Source: Octopus sinensis | Taxonomy: Eukaryota | Assembly (NCBI RefSeq): GCF_006345805.1 | Contig: NC_042999.1 | Location: 166,532,001-166,596,000, forward strand | Reading direction: 5' to 3' | DNA: 64,000 nt | Shown here: piece after piece, positions 1 to 12,828 of the stretch | Numbering within the stretch: the stretch's first letter is position 1 | How the letters are laid out: each line of letters opens with the position of its first letter | Program-made: the position numbers and the translations under genes | Notes under the pieces: generated by a model | The model's input: only the letters and a program-made list of their open reading frames with translations | The model's database searches: none | What the model was told of the DNA's origin: nothing

Positions 1-447
1 GAGGGCGAGACAGTGGAAGTCGTGGAGGAAGTTGCCTCCACGAAAAGAAAAAGAAAGGTGAGCAACAATGGTTGCTCACCAAAGAATGTACAGACAGCAG
101 AGGAGGGTAGCGACCCCCTGCGTCTGCCAATGCAGCTCCCTGCTCCCGCGGCCTCAAAAAGAAAAAGGAAAAAGAGGCGCAGAGGACGGTCGGCGGATGT
201 TTCTGGGCCGCCGACAGAACCGCAAGTGGGATGTGTGCCACCAGCGGATAAGGCTCCGTCAGTGGGAAGTGTTCCACTGACAGAGCAGTTTGAGGTCCCT
301 TCCCGTGAGGAGGAGGAGTTTATCCTCCTTTACCACGAGGGAGGGACTGTGAGTGAATTTTTGGACGGCTTGGGCCACCGAGACCGTGCGTACTCGGTCT
401 GCTCAAGTAGTCCAATATGGCCTCTGCAGGTGGCTGCGGAGGTAGTA
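1..447 (+). mobile_element. GC-rich open frame, probably a non-LTR retrotransposon ORF1 fragment
   Basis: GC- and CpG-rich versus background, open from base 1, basic KRKRKKRRR and Pro/acidic low-complexity segments, abrupt drop to AT-rich DNA near 450; family not identified. Confidence 0.35.
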
Positions 448-793
448 ACATATAAAATTTTGTCAAAGGTCAAAGTGATGTTCACAATTCCCCACCAACA
501 ACAAAAATGCAGCAAATATAATGAAATGTGTCTACGATATCCTCACCGTGTTACAGACACTGCTATATTCATTAAACTAATGCAAGTTACACATTCTGAA
601 ATGCTGAATCCCTGTTGGATACCTTGAATACTTATGAAACACGAAGTTCCTATCCGTTCTCTTGACAACATCAGCTGAAAGAAAGTAAATAATTTATGGC
701 TGTAGTCTTGTCTCAACTCACAGCCACAGAGACATTATGATTACATGACTGGTCACTACACTTGATATCCACAAAACATAACAGCAGAATTAA

Positions 794-1024
794 CCCTTCG
801 CCTGTCCTGAGTATCACATGTGAGACACAGGCCATATTTCCCTGCCATCCATGCATTATATATGATACACATTCCAAATTTTTTACAACCATCAAAGTAA
901 TCTGCGATTTAGAAAGGGGAAACGTTATAATGCTTAGAACGTATGAAATGGGCAAACTAAAAGCTTGAGAACAAGCATGGACATTCAGGACAAACTTATG
1001 AAAATGCTTTGGACAGATAAAGGG
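794..1024. mobile_element. TTAA-flanked MITE (piggyBac-type), family C
   Basis: TTAA|CCCTTCGCCTGTCC...GGACAGATAAAGGG|TTAA. Confidence 0.75.
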
Positions 1025-2053
1025 TTAATTCATACTGCAGCATATTCTGGAGAAAACTCATTCATGCTGACCAAAACAAAAACAAAACAGCTCAACCTTA
1101 ATTACTTCTTGGCCCCACTCCACCCCTGTAGGATTACAAACATTAATAAATCCTAATAAGTACAGCTGTCATGAACTGAGACCGTTTCCTCAGGCTTCCA
1201 ATGCTGTCGCTGTAAAACTTCAATTCATTAAAAAATTAGGATAAAAAGAAATAAATGACCGAAGCAAAACAAATGGGATGTATATATATATAAAACCATT
1301 ACAATCTCAAACTTAACAAAAACAAAGCATATATGGTATACAGGATATGTTTGCATATTTCTGTCAGAGATCTGCTCTGATAAAGCTGACAAAAGCAATT
1401 CAACAGAATTATGTTACAAAAATGAGAAGCTGGGAATTTTCTATTTTTAACCAATAGAGAAAGATTACTCACTGCACTTGTGCGTGCATGCATGCATTTA
1501 TTTGTGCATGGTGTGGCTGTATAGATGCATCACATGTTAGTTTTGACAATGAGTAACTTAGGTGTTCCATCAAAGCACATTGTATCAGTGTGAGTGGCCG
1601 AGTATTCCAGACACCGGTGCTTTTAACACAAGTACTCAGACACACTTAGACGATGTATATGACAAGACTGAGCCTCTGAATTACAACTACCGTCATTTGA
1701 TTAGCTTAAACACAGTTTTGATCAACTTAATTTCACTCACAAGGTTTGGGTTGATTTTGAGCTTTATAGAAGATACTGCATAAGATACTGTGTGTATACA
1801 AACAAACATACACTCCTAGCATTGACAAGGTAAATTGCGCTTTTCTAAGATAGCCAATCAAAAGTTTTAGCAAGTGAAATCAATTTGTGAGAGTGAAAAA
1901 AATGACAATCAAATCTCTCTTATATCACACCTCACCATCTTAAAAAAGGGTAAAGACAAACTGAATATATTGTTCAGCAAGAGAGAGAGAGAGAGAGAGA
2001 GAGAGGGGATGATTGTAAGTGGAATTCTTTTGATTATAGATCTATATGATTAA

Positions 2054-2285
2054 TCTTTTGCTTGTCCTGTGTATCACATGTGGTACACAGGACATATTTC
2101 CCTGGTATCCATGTCTCATATATGATACACATTCCTAATCTTTTCAACCACCAGAGTAATTTGAGACTTATGAAAGGAAAGCTTTCTATTACTCAGAATG
2201 TATAAAACAAGGACTAACTAAAAGTCTGAAAACCAGTATAGACATTCAGAACAAACTTTTGAAAATGCTTTAGACAGGTGAAGAG
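2054..2285. mobile_element. TTAA-flanked MITE family C, diverged second copy
   Basis: Colinear with 794-1024; TTAA on both sides. Confidence 0.7.
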
Positions 2286-2844
2286 TTAAAGTTCATCTGA
2301 GACTAAATGACTACAACATATATTTTATAGATTTATCAATATACAAAATTATTTTCAGATGTCATTATATTAATTAATGAAGATTAATTAATGAATATTA
2401 ATTAATGAAGATTGTAGAAATGAAATAGAATAACAAGATTATATACATTTTTGATAGCAAATAAAGTCTGCAGACAATTAATTACAAGAGAGACAGTAAT
2501 TTGTTTAGTTAATGTCTTAATGTGAAGGTCTTGAAATTAAAAATTAAGATTACTGAATTAAGAATGAAGGTTTCATATATTTAGAACTTAGGAAACAATA
2601 TTTGGTTTAGAATAATATGAGTGTCAAGTTAAATGCCTTAAAATAATCTTATATCTCAATGTTCAGAGTTCAAATTCTGCTTAGGATATATTTTCTTTTC
2701 ACTCTCCAGGATTGATTAAAATAAATACTTGGTGAGTACAGATGTCAGGCCAGTCAACCTGAAACACATCTGCACTTCAAAATTTATGACCTTGAACTAA
2801 TACAAGAAATTACTGTTGTTATTATTGTTGTTGTTGTTGTTAAG

Positions 2845-3690
2845 GTGGCAAGCTGGTAGAGTCATTAGCACACTGGGCGAAATGCTTATCGGTATTTTGC
2901 CTGTCGCTACATTCTAAGTTCAAATTCTGCCAAGGCCGACTTTGCCATTCATCCTTTCAAGATTGATAAATTAAGTAACAGTGAAACACTGGGGTCAATG
3001 TAATCAATTAGTCCCTGCCCTACAAATTCGAGGCCTTGGGCCTTTAGTAGAAAGGATTATAATTGTTGTTGTTGTTAAGGCAGCAAGCTGGCAGAATCAT
3101 TAGCACACCTGGCAAAATGCTTAGCAGCATTTCGTCTGTCTCTATCTTCTGAGTTCAAATTCCACCAAGGTTGACTTTGCCTGTCATCCCTTTGGGGTTG
3201 ATGTAATTAACTAGACTCCCTCCCTGAAAATTTCAGGCCTTATATCTATGGCAGAGAGGAGTGTTATTGTTGTTGTTGTTGCCACTATTGTTATAGGGAA
3301 AATGCCATACAACATTTGTTCTGCCTTTTTTATGTTCTGAGTTCAAATTCCACCTAGATCAACTTTGCCTTTCAGTCTCTAAGGCTGACAAAATAAGATA
3401 CCAGTCAAGTACCAGGATTGATAGTACTGACTAACTCTCCTCTCTTCAAAATTGCTGGCATTAAGCATAAATCAGAAACAATTATATTTAGTGCAGTAAA
3501 CTGGCAGAATCGTTAGACCGTTGAGAAAAATGCTTTGTGATATTTCTTCTGGAGTTGAAATCCTGCTGAGGTTAATTTTGCCTTTCATCTTTTCAGGGTC
3601 GATAAAATAAAAAAAAAACTAGTTAAGCACTGGGGTCAATGTAGTTGACTAATACCCTCCTAAAATTGCTGTTTGTGCTAAAATTTGAAA
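2845..3690 (+). mobile_element. Tandem cluster of about four diverged SINE copies
   Basis: Repeated ggcaagctggcagaatc...gagttcaaattc...ggtcgactttgcctttcatcc units, separated in part by (GTT)n tails. Confidence 0.7.
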
Positions 3691-4097
3691 CATTATTCTT
3701 AATATTTTTCAACTCCCTTCTTCACATTAGTCATGTATATTACTCAATCAATGACTTAAAACACTACTCTCTTGTCTTGTATACTATAGTACAAACAGAA
3801 GCCAATCAATTTCAAAATGTTGAAACTTTATTAGTGTTTCACAGATCTTTTAAATGTTACTGTTTTGTTTTACACCACTAATGACCATGAAAGAAGTACA
3901 CAAGTACATATATCACTTGTTCCCATGACCCCATCCCTTACAAATACTTTTAGGTAAAGAGATGTTATAATGAATTATGTAAATAATTGTGTATAAATGT
4001 GTGTATATTCTGAGGGGAAAATATGAAAACCCATTTGAATCATAGTAAGAAAACAGCAACCTACTTTGACCAAATGAAGGGGTTTTCCAGTTCTCAC

Positions 4098-4157
4098 CTG
4101 CAGCATTTGAAGTGGTAGTGTTGATTTTAGATACACCTTCAATTGCATACCAAAAAC
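4098..4157 (-). CDS. TAF6L: TAF6L coding exon 5
   Basis: ttattttgtag acceptor and GTGAGA donor; phase 1 gives SFWYAIEGVSKINTTTSNAA, similar to the TAF6-family HWLAIEG motif; later exons lie outside the window. Confidence 0.88.
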
Positions 4158-4324
4158 CTACAAAATAATATTTGAATATTAAGATGCTTTGCAGGACATA
4201 ATTTGTGCATTTTTAACATATTTATATTTTCAATCATTATTTCTTGTCAAAAAAACAAAAAAATTTCCATCCTGTTATACATAAGATGTTTTTCACAAAT
4301 CACACGAAATTGAACCAATCCTAT

Positions 4325-4680
4325 GACTGGCACCCGGCAGATGCCAGGGCCCCTGGACTGGTGGTACGTAAAAAGCACTATCCGACTTGTGGCCAATGCC
4401 AGCGCCGCCTCGACTGGCTTCTGTGCCGGTGGCATGTAAATTGCACCAATCCAACCATGGCCGTTGCCAGCCTCGCCTGGCACCTGTGCGGGTGGCACGT
4501 AAAAAGCACCTACTACACTCATGGAGTCGTTGGCGTTAGGAAGGGCATCCAGCCGTAGAAACACTGCCAGATCAGACTGGGCCTGATGCGGCCTTCCGGC
4601 TTCACAGACCCCAGTGGAACCGTCCAACCCATGCTAGCATGGAAAGCGGACGCTAAATGATGATGATGATGATGATGATA
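4325..4680 (+). mobile_element. RTE-LINE 3' end or derived SINE with (ATG)n tail
   Basis: gcatccagccgtagaaac...ccaacccatgctagcatggaaagcggacgctaaatgatgatg, the same 3' end as the RT-bearing copies. Confidence 0.8.
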
Positions 4681-4873
4681 TATATACACAAACAATAATG
4701 ACAGATATGTATAGATTTTCATGAAAAATGAAAATTGAGAACTTATCTTGAGACTCAAGGTTCAAACCGCTGCAATCTTCAGGCAAAGATATAGAAAAAC
4801 CATATCACACCACAACATGTATTGAGCACACTTTCTCATTTGTTCAATATTAAGCAATCTACATGTATATATG

Positions 4874-4907
<34 letters not shown>

Positions 4908-4913
<6 letters not shown>

Positions 4914-6022
4914 GCGATGGGTAAATTGTCGCCATTTTATATTTTTTATTTTGCACATGCGCATCATTTGTTTTTGATTTTGTCAGCTACACAGTATAGT
5001 AGGGTCAGTTGGGCACCATCTGTGAGAGAAGCAGCATGATGTTGCAATTCACTCTGCCAGAAATTTGGGAACGACATGCTGCACTGCTTGGCATTTGTGC
5101 CAGCAGCTCTAATACAAACATTTCAGAGTGTTTGGGTGTCAATCTGAGGAGAGTGCAGAGGATTCAGAAAGAGTTGGATGAGTCTAATGGTGATGGTACG
5201 GCAGCTCGAAACATTCTCATCATTCTGATAAGAAAAGAGCTACTGAATTTGCTGGTGAGATCCAGGCCATGATTGACAATGATCCCCCCCAAGTCAATCA
5301 GGTCCACCACCAGGGACATGGGAATGTCTGAGTTTCTTATCAGGCAGGTAGTACTTGAAGACATTTGGTATTCCTCATACAAGATGAGAAAGGGCCAATT
5401 GACATCAAGAACAAGAGGAAAGTTCACGCTACAAAGCTTTTGAACACTCTCAAGCATCTTCTCCAACCAAACATGCTTTGGTTGTTCTCAGACAAGAAAA
5501 ATTTCTGCCAAGATTAGATGGTGAACACATGGAACAGTTGGCGTGCCATGTCCCCAAAACATGTACCAAGAATGATAAAAATTAAACATCCAGTCAACAT
5601 CATGGTGTTTGAAGTGCTCAGTAATGATGGCAATGTTATGTCTCCATTCATCTTCCCACAGGCCCTCAAACTCAACATTGAGGCCTACATCAAGTGCCTG
5701 AAGGAGGTAGTGCTGCCCAGGGTCAAAAGGGTGACTGCTGGACAACCCTATGTCTGGCAACAGGACTCAGCCTCAAGCCACACAACCAGGAGAACCCAGT
5801 CATGGCTGTCAGACACTTTCTGCGAACCACATCATTGCAAACATCTGGTCACCCAACACCCCAGACTGCAACCCCCTTGATTATTATGTGTGGGTCGCAG
5901 TTGAACGATAGACCAAAAAAGACATTTTTATGTAATTTTGGTAGATATATCTGTTAAAATGAGATGTCAGTGTTATTTTCATTTCTGCATAATTAAGACA
6001 CCAATTTATTCACCACACCCTG
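4908..6022 (+). mobile_element. Tc1/mariner (maT-like) transposon remnant, copy 1
   Basis: (C)AGGGTG...CACCCTG imperfect TIRs with TA flanks; DDE fragments LWLFSDKKNF and YVWQQDSASSHT. Confidence 0.85.
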
Positions 6023-6361
6023 TATATATCATCATCATCATCGTTTAACGTCCATCTTCTATACATGCATGAGTAGGACAGTTGAGAGGAGCCAGTCAGG
6101 TAGAAAACTACGCTATGCTACTGTTTGTTTTGACAGGGTTTCTACAGCTGGATGCCCTTTCTAACACCAACCACTCTGCAGAGTGGACTCAGTGCTTTTT
6201 ACACAGTACTAGCACAGTATGTATATAATATATATATATATATACACACATATATATACTTTTGAATCTAAATGAATTATATAACTTTTATACACCAATG
6301 CATTTTCTTAGCTCATTCCATATCAACTTCCTGCTCACTTCTTAGACTATATATCTCTTTT

Positions 6362-6757
6362 ACTCTCTTTTACTTGTTTCAGTCATTTGACTGCGGCCAT
6401 GCTGGAGCACCGCCTTTTAATCGACAACTCAACCCCGGGACTTATTCTTTTGTAAGCCCAGTACTTATTCTATCGGTCTCTTTTGCCGAACTGCTAAGTA
6501 ACGGGGACAAATAATCACACCAGCATCGGTTGTCAAGCAATGCTAGGGGGACAAACACAGACACAAAAACACACACACGCATATATATATATACATATAT
6601 ACAACGGGCTTCTTTCAGTTTCCATCAACCAAATCCACTCACAAGGCTTTGGTCGGCCCGGGGCTATAGTAGAAGACACTTGCCCAGGGTGCCACGCAGT
6701 GGAACTGAACCCCGAACCATGTGGTTGGTAGACAAGCTACTTACCACACAGCCACTC
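6362..6757 (-). mobile_element. tRNA-derived SINE
   Basis: Head with A-box TGGCTGTGTGG and B-box GGTTCA.TTC, internal (CA/TA)n, gtaaaagag tail. Confidence 0.9.
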
Positions 6758-6967
6758 TTAAATGAAAGTTATCTTGAGGATGGAAAATCGAAGTATAACT
6801 GTTTATCAAGTAGTTATCATGAAGCTGGATGTTAAAGCAAACATGAGGTCTATTTTAAATTCGTTTTTGAATACTCATATAATAATTCCATATCATATTA
6901 CATGTTTCATTACAGATGTCATCCATCTAAACTTAATTAACATCTTTAATTGTCTCTCTTTTCTCCC

Positions 6968-7365
6968 TTTTACTCTTTTACTTGTTTCAGTCATTTGACT
7001 GCAGCCATGCTGGAGCACCGCCTTTAGTCGATCAAATCGACCCCGGAACTTATTCTTTGTAAGCCCAGTACTTATTCTATCGGTCTCTTTTGCCGAACCA
7101 CTAAGTGGCGGGGACATAAACACACCAGTATCGGTTGTCAAGCAATGCTAGGGGGACAAACACAGACACACAAACACATATATACATATATATACATATA
7201 TACGACAGGCTTCTTTCAGTTTCCGTCTACCAAATCCACTCACAAGGCATTGGTCGGCCCGGGGCTATAGGAGAAGACACTTGCCCAAGATGCCACGCAG
7301 TGGGACTGAACCCGCAACCATGTGGTTGGTTAGCAAGCTACTTACCACACAGCCACTCCTGCGCC
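6968..7365 (-). mobile_element. tRNA-derived SINE
   Basis: Same family, full length. Confidence 0.9.
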
Positions 7366-7680
7366 TATAAAATTTATCTTTCTATAATTTTTCATTACAA
7401 ATATTTTAGTTCCAACTAGTTGATGAAAGGTACTGACATACAAGTAAAACAAGTTTGTAGAGTAACAAAACATTTTCAACTTATGCTGCATCTTTAGCAG
7501 CTTCCCCAATTTTCCTTTGTTTATTTTTTTTATTGTTACAAAAGAAATTACCAAGGATATAATTTTTTAGATGTTATAGTAGAATTATGAATGAGAAAAA
7601 AAAAGACGGGCAAAAGTGACCTGCCAAACAATAAGTTGAAACAAAAGGACATTAAATTTTTCCCTTTTGAAATTACTTAC

Positions 7681-7831
7681 TTTTGATACCAAGCTCTCCA
7701 GTTTCTTTAGGTTTATAATTATTAAATGCTATATTGGTAACATTTAGATCTAAGTCTTCAACAAAATGAATTTCCGCATCTTTCACTTGTTTAAAAATAA
7801 CAGGTTCAAGAGAGCCATGTCCCAAAATGGG
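7681..7831 (-). CDS. TAF6L: TAF6L coding exon 4
   Basis: Poly-T ccag acceptor and GTAAGT donor; PILGHGSLEPVIFKQVKDAEIHFVEDLDLNVTNIAFNNYKPKETGELGIK; 151 nt, ends in phase 1. Confidence 0.92.
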
Positions 7832-8689
7832 CTGGAAAAAAAAAAAAAAAAAGTTAATTAAATTTTACTTCCACAATAACAAAACGTTTACAATACACAA
7901 TCTAACACTAGAAGTCATGTATAAACATTAATTAAACTTAATGAAGAGACATTAAAAGAAGAGCTTGTTCATAGAATTAAAATTGACCAGGTTTATGAAC
8001 ATTTGGAATACTAAAGCTGTTTTGATATGGATCTACATTGTGAGTATATATCCAAACAATATGTGAAAAGGATAGTAATGTGAAGATTGCTTCAAAATCA
8101 CCTCACAAGATTTAGTTAACAAGAACAAATGATATATAGCTTGCAGTTTGAAAAAATAAGATATTAACAGTGTATAGTAGAGAGTAGCAAGAGGTGGGTG
8201 AAGAGGGACAGTCACCTTAGACTCTCCCCATCCGTTCTACCATTGCATGCAGGTGTGCAGGACCACAACATTTCTTCTAGCCTATCATGCTTATTAAGGC
8301 GGAGGTACATTAAGTATCTTTGTCTCTGTACACTAAGAACCTTTGATATGCCACTGGATAAGAGAAAGTGCATGGGGAGGGGAGTGTAAAAAAATATCAG
8401 GTAACAATTAATTTGAAGAAGAAATTAAATATAATCTGAATTTGATTTAGAATATGCTTATCTTTTGAATATTATAATTTTATTTTCCAGTATTAGATAT
8501 GACCTTCAAAATCTCTGTTGAGAGAATAACTACAACAAGGAAGAAGTAAAATGTACCTTCAATACTTTGAAAGGCAAGACTGTGAAATAAATTGCAATAA
8601 AAATTCTAAAATTTCAAAAGATACCTTATGACCGGTTAAACTATAAAAATGTGATTTGAACCACACCTTATTAGCTTGTCTAACCCTAA

Positions 8690-8909
8690 CCCTTTCGTTA
8701 CCAACCCGGCTGAAACTGGCTCTGGCTCTGAGTACAAATGTCTTGTTTTCATAAGTTTGGAATTCAAATCTTCCACTAAGCCTTAGTCACAATTTATGTT
8801 CCTAACACTAGCTTAATGATAACTAAGTCATTTTACTAAATTTTTTGTTATATTCAAAGTAATTGAAAGAAACACGGAATATCTCAAAATAAATGCAGTA
8901 ACGAAAGGG
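8690..8909. mobile_element. TTAA-flanked MITE family A
   Basis: CCCTTTCGTTAC...GTAACGAAAGGG TIRs; right TTAA intact, left reads CTAA. Confidence 0.85.
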
Positions 8910-8962
8910 TTAACAAGTTTATTTTACATATGCAACACATAATTACTGAATGTTGCCCTTAA

Positions 8963-9183
8963 CCCTTTAGTGTTTAAACTGGCCACATCCGGCCCAATAT
9001 ATTCTACATGTTTTATATTTGAACTAGCCATATCTAGCCTCTCACACCTAACCTACAGTGACTTTCTAAAAATAAACAATCACATCATTGAAACCTCAAA
9101 GCTATAAGATAATGCATGATTAATTCAAAATAATTTGAGTGAAAATGCATTACATTTAACAGAGTAATCTGAACACTAAAGGG
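8963..9183. mobile_element. TTAA-flanked MITE family B
   Basis: TTAA|CCCTTTAGTGTT...AACACTAAAGGG|TTAA; related inverted copies at about 9800-10223 and another copy at 29868-30083. Confidence 0.8.
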
Positions 9184-9234
9184 TTAAACACTCTTGTGTT
9201 AGTAAAATGATCAGAAATGAAGCAGTAATTTATT

Positions 9235-9750
9235 TTAACGTGGCCCCTGTGCCAGTGACACGTAAAAGCACCATCCGTTCGTGGCCGTTTGCCAGCTCTG
9301 TCTGGCCCCCGTGTCGGTGGCACGTAAAAGCACCATCCGTTCATGTCCGTTGCCAGCCTCGCCTGGCCCCCGTGCCGGTGACACGTAAAAGCACCATCCG
9401 TTTGGTGGCCGTTTGCCAGCCCTGTCTGGCCCCCGTGTTGGTGGCACGTAAAAGCACCATCCGTTCGTGTCCGTTGCCAGCCTCGCCTGGCCCCCGTGCC
9501 GGTGACACGTAAAAGCACCATCCGTTCGTGGCCGTTTGCCAGCTCCGTCTGGCACCTGTGCGGGTGGCATGTAAAAAGCACCCACTACACTCACGGAGTG
9601 GTTGGCGTTAGGAAGGGCATCCAGCCGTAGAAACATTGCCAGATCTGACTGGGCCTGATGAAGCCTTCCAGCTTCACAGACCCCAGTTGAACCGTCCAAC
9701 CCATGCTAGCATGGAAAACGGACGCTAAATGATGATGATGATGATGATGT
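9235..9750 (+). mobile_element. RTE 3' end copy with an internal ~61-bp tandem array
   Basis: Six gtaaaagcacc anchors spaced about 61-62 nt apart; (ATG)n tail. Confidence 0.85.
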
Positions 9751-10246
9751 GGCATTTTTTGCTGCACTTTCAAAATCAGAATTCAGCAACCACACATTCA
9801 ACTCTTTAACCTCCTTAACTTCTGTCAAATATAATGCTTATTTGTTCACATCATTCTGAATCAATCTTGCATTATCATGTAGCTTTGAGATTTTGATGAT
9901 GTAACTGTTTATTCTTTCAATGATATTATAGGGTGGGTGTGAAAGGCTGGATCTGGCCATTATGAACATAAAACAGGTAGAATATTTTGGCCAGATATGG
10001 CCAGTTTAAATAGATTTCTGCCAAACATAATGCTTATTCATTCACATTGCTTTAAATTAATCCTGGATTATCTTGAAACTTTGAGATTCCAATGTTGTGA
10101 CTGTTGACTGTTTATTTTTAGAAAGATATTGTAGGTTTGGTGTGAGAGTCTGGATCTGGCTAGTTTGAACATAAAAGAGATGGAATACTTGAGCCAGGTA
10201 TGGCTGGTTTAAATGCTGAAGGGTTAATGTAAAAGTTAACATTTAC

Positions 10247-10333
10247 CTGCATATCACTTGTTCGAAGAGCGTCATTAATATCTTCAGTTGTTAAACGTCG
10301 TCGTTTAGCATGCTTCATGAATTCAATACTATT
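10247..10333 (-). CDS. TAF6L: TAF6L coding exon 3
   Basis: tttcctatttcag acceptor and GTAAAT donor; NSIEFMKHAKRRRLTTEDINDALRTSDMQ matches TAF6L NSSQFMKHTKRRKLTVEDFNRALR. Confidence 0.95.
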
Positions 10334-10398
10334 CTGAAATAGGAAACAAAAAATATATGTATTTATATATTTGTATGAGTGTGTGTATATGTATGTAT

Positions 10399-10607
10399 AC
10401 TCTTTTTACTCTTTTTCTTGTTTCAGTCATTTGATTGCAGCCATGCTGGAGCACCGCCTTTAGTCGAGCAAATTGACCCCGGGACTTATTCTTTGTAAGC
10501 CCAGTACTTATTCCATCGGTCTCTTTTGCCGAACCGCTAAGTGACGGGGACGTAAACACACCAGCATCGGTTGTCAAGCAATGCTAGGGGGACAAACACA
10601 CACACAT

Positions 10608-10654
<47 letters not shown>

Positions 10655-10819
10655 TACGACAGGCTTCTTTCAGTTTCCGTCTACCAAATCCACTCACAAG
10701 GCATTGGTCGGCCCGGGGCTATAGCAGAAGACACTTGCCCAAGATGCCACGCAGTGGGACTGAACCCGGAACCATGTGGTTGGTTAGCAAGCTACTTACC
10801 ACACAGCCACTCCTGCGCC
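10399..10819 (-). mobile_element. tRNA-derived SINE
   Basis: Same family as 6362-6757. Confidence 0.9.
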
Positions 10820-10869
10820 TATGTTGTATGTATGTATATATGTATATATGTATATATATAATATATATA

Positions 10870-11100
10870 TATATATTGGTAAAAATGGTAAGATAACAAA
10901 AGAAAGAAAGAGACCTCAATATTATGTAAATAGAGGAAATTTATCTGTAAAATAATATGTGACAATTATTCAATAGCCAAGATATAACTCTGAGTTTCGG
11001 ATGCCGAGGTGGAAATCCACACCACCATCTCTTCGGTTATCTGGAAAAACGCTATGAAAAAAGACCGTTATACAAAGGGAAATTACTGTGTTATAATTTC
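10870..11100 (-). mobile_element. Penelope-like element 3' region with a degenerate hammerhead motif
   Basis: CCGAAGA-GATG...CATCC-GAAAC-TCAGAGTT on minus, followed by an AT-rich tail. Confidence 0.45.
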
Positions 11101-12074
11101 GCTACTTATATAAATTAAGGTTAAAAGTTCATAGTAAACACATAAGCATGCCTACTCATATGCTCACATGTGCGCTTGCGCACCCACATGCATACGTATA
11201 CGTCACTATCAAAACATACACATCTTCACTCGCATTTTTCGCCAAATGTATACGCATATATATATAAACTTATACACACACACGCGCGTACCGTAAAGGT
11301 TCATACATACGTCTATATACGCACAAGCACAAGAAAAATCATGATTAAAGGTAACAATACAGAAAAAAACATAAGGAAGTATACAAAGCGTAAAACCACG
11401 TTCATATACGGACATGCCCTTATGCACACATACACACACACGCCCATATGTACATACCCACACATGTTTATATATGCATACACACACACGCATACACAAA
11501 AAAAGAGATTATACATATGCCCAAAAAATCCGAAAAAATTGTAAAAATACTAAGTAAAAACGTCTATATATATATATGTATTCTTATGCCCGCACACATG
11601 CACACATCTATATACATACATACCCACCCACTCATACATATTCACACACGCATACAAATGAATCTATATAGGCACAAGGAAAAATGCAGGATGGAAGAGT
11701 ACAGAAAATATTATTATGTGTAAAAATATAAAAATATATGAAAAAAATAAAAGGTATAAAGAGATAAAAAACTTTTGTGTGGACATAATATAGAAAGCAA
11801 GTTCTATCTGTAGTCTTGAGGGGACCAAAAACGTAACAAAAATTTTGTCACATGTGGGCATGATCCGAAAAGTTCTGTCCTTGAGTTTAGACATGTAGTC
11901 TAAACTCAAGCTGCTTTTCCAGATAAGCCATCTCTCCATGTCGCATATATGTATGTATATAAAGTTTAAAATTAAAATGAGGGTGAAAATTGGATACTAA
12001 TTTGATAACATCTATTTTAACACCAGTGGTCTAGCATATAAAAAAACTGAGATTCAGTAAATAGTATTACATAC

Positions 12075-12239
12075 ATAAATATAAAAGGGAATTTTACCAC
12101 TATGTGGAAACCCTTATGCTAGAAGAAGATCCACTATGGTCTTAACCACTAAGAACAATTCTTAGTGGTTAAGACCATAGCGGATCTTCTTCTAGCATAA
12201 GGGTTTCCACATAGTGGTAAAATTCCCTTTTATATTTAT
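12075..12239. repeat. Near-perfect palindrome, 81-bp arms and 3-nt loop
   Basis: 12075-12155 is the reverse complement of 12159-12239 with one mismatch. Confidence 0.95.
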
Positions 12240-12650
12240 TTATATATATATATATATATACATAATTATAATTAGGGTTCAGCTAACTGCTTCACCACAG
12301 ACCCAAATTAGAAATAGGAGTTAAAAATTCCTTTCCTGCTACTATAAGAATCTCCATGACGGTAAACATACTTTTTTACAAAGGCAAAGAGAAAGACAAT
12401 GAATCAACACGACCCGGATTAATTATATACGTGTTTTGAGATTAAAGTAATTTGAATTTTACTTACTTCTCTCTTCAGTATAACATTTCCAATTTATAAA
12501 ATTTAAAGTGCTACGGCCGAATATGCACACAATCAAGCATCATCATGTAACAGATATCCAACCAACACTTCCAAAATTTAGAGCTGAATGTGAATACACT
12601 ATTCAAACTCTATACCCACGAGCAATACTCACGTGTATGCTATTTAAAAT

Positions 12651-12762
<112 letters not shown>

Positions 12763-12828
12763 AATGTACTATATATCCAAATAAGAAGCACACTCTAAAG
12801 TATAGAGCAATAAAGTATTAAAGTAATT

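Noticed and set aside
580-680. Possible sixth TAF6L exon after a strong ctttctttcag acceptor
   Set aside because: The phase-1 translation shows no resemblance to the expected TAF6L segment and the donor is weak
9240-9585. CRISPR-like array (also considered for 51382-51591)
   Set aside because: No unique spacers, units are contiguous repeats, and the context is eukaryotic
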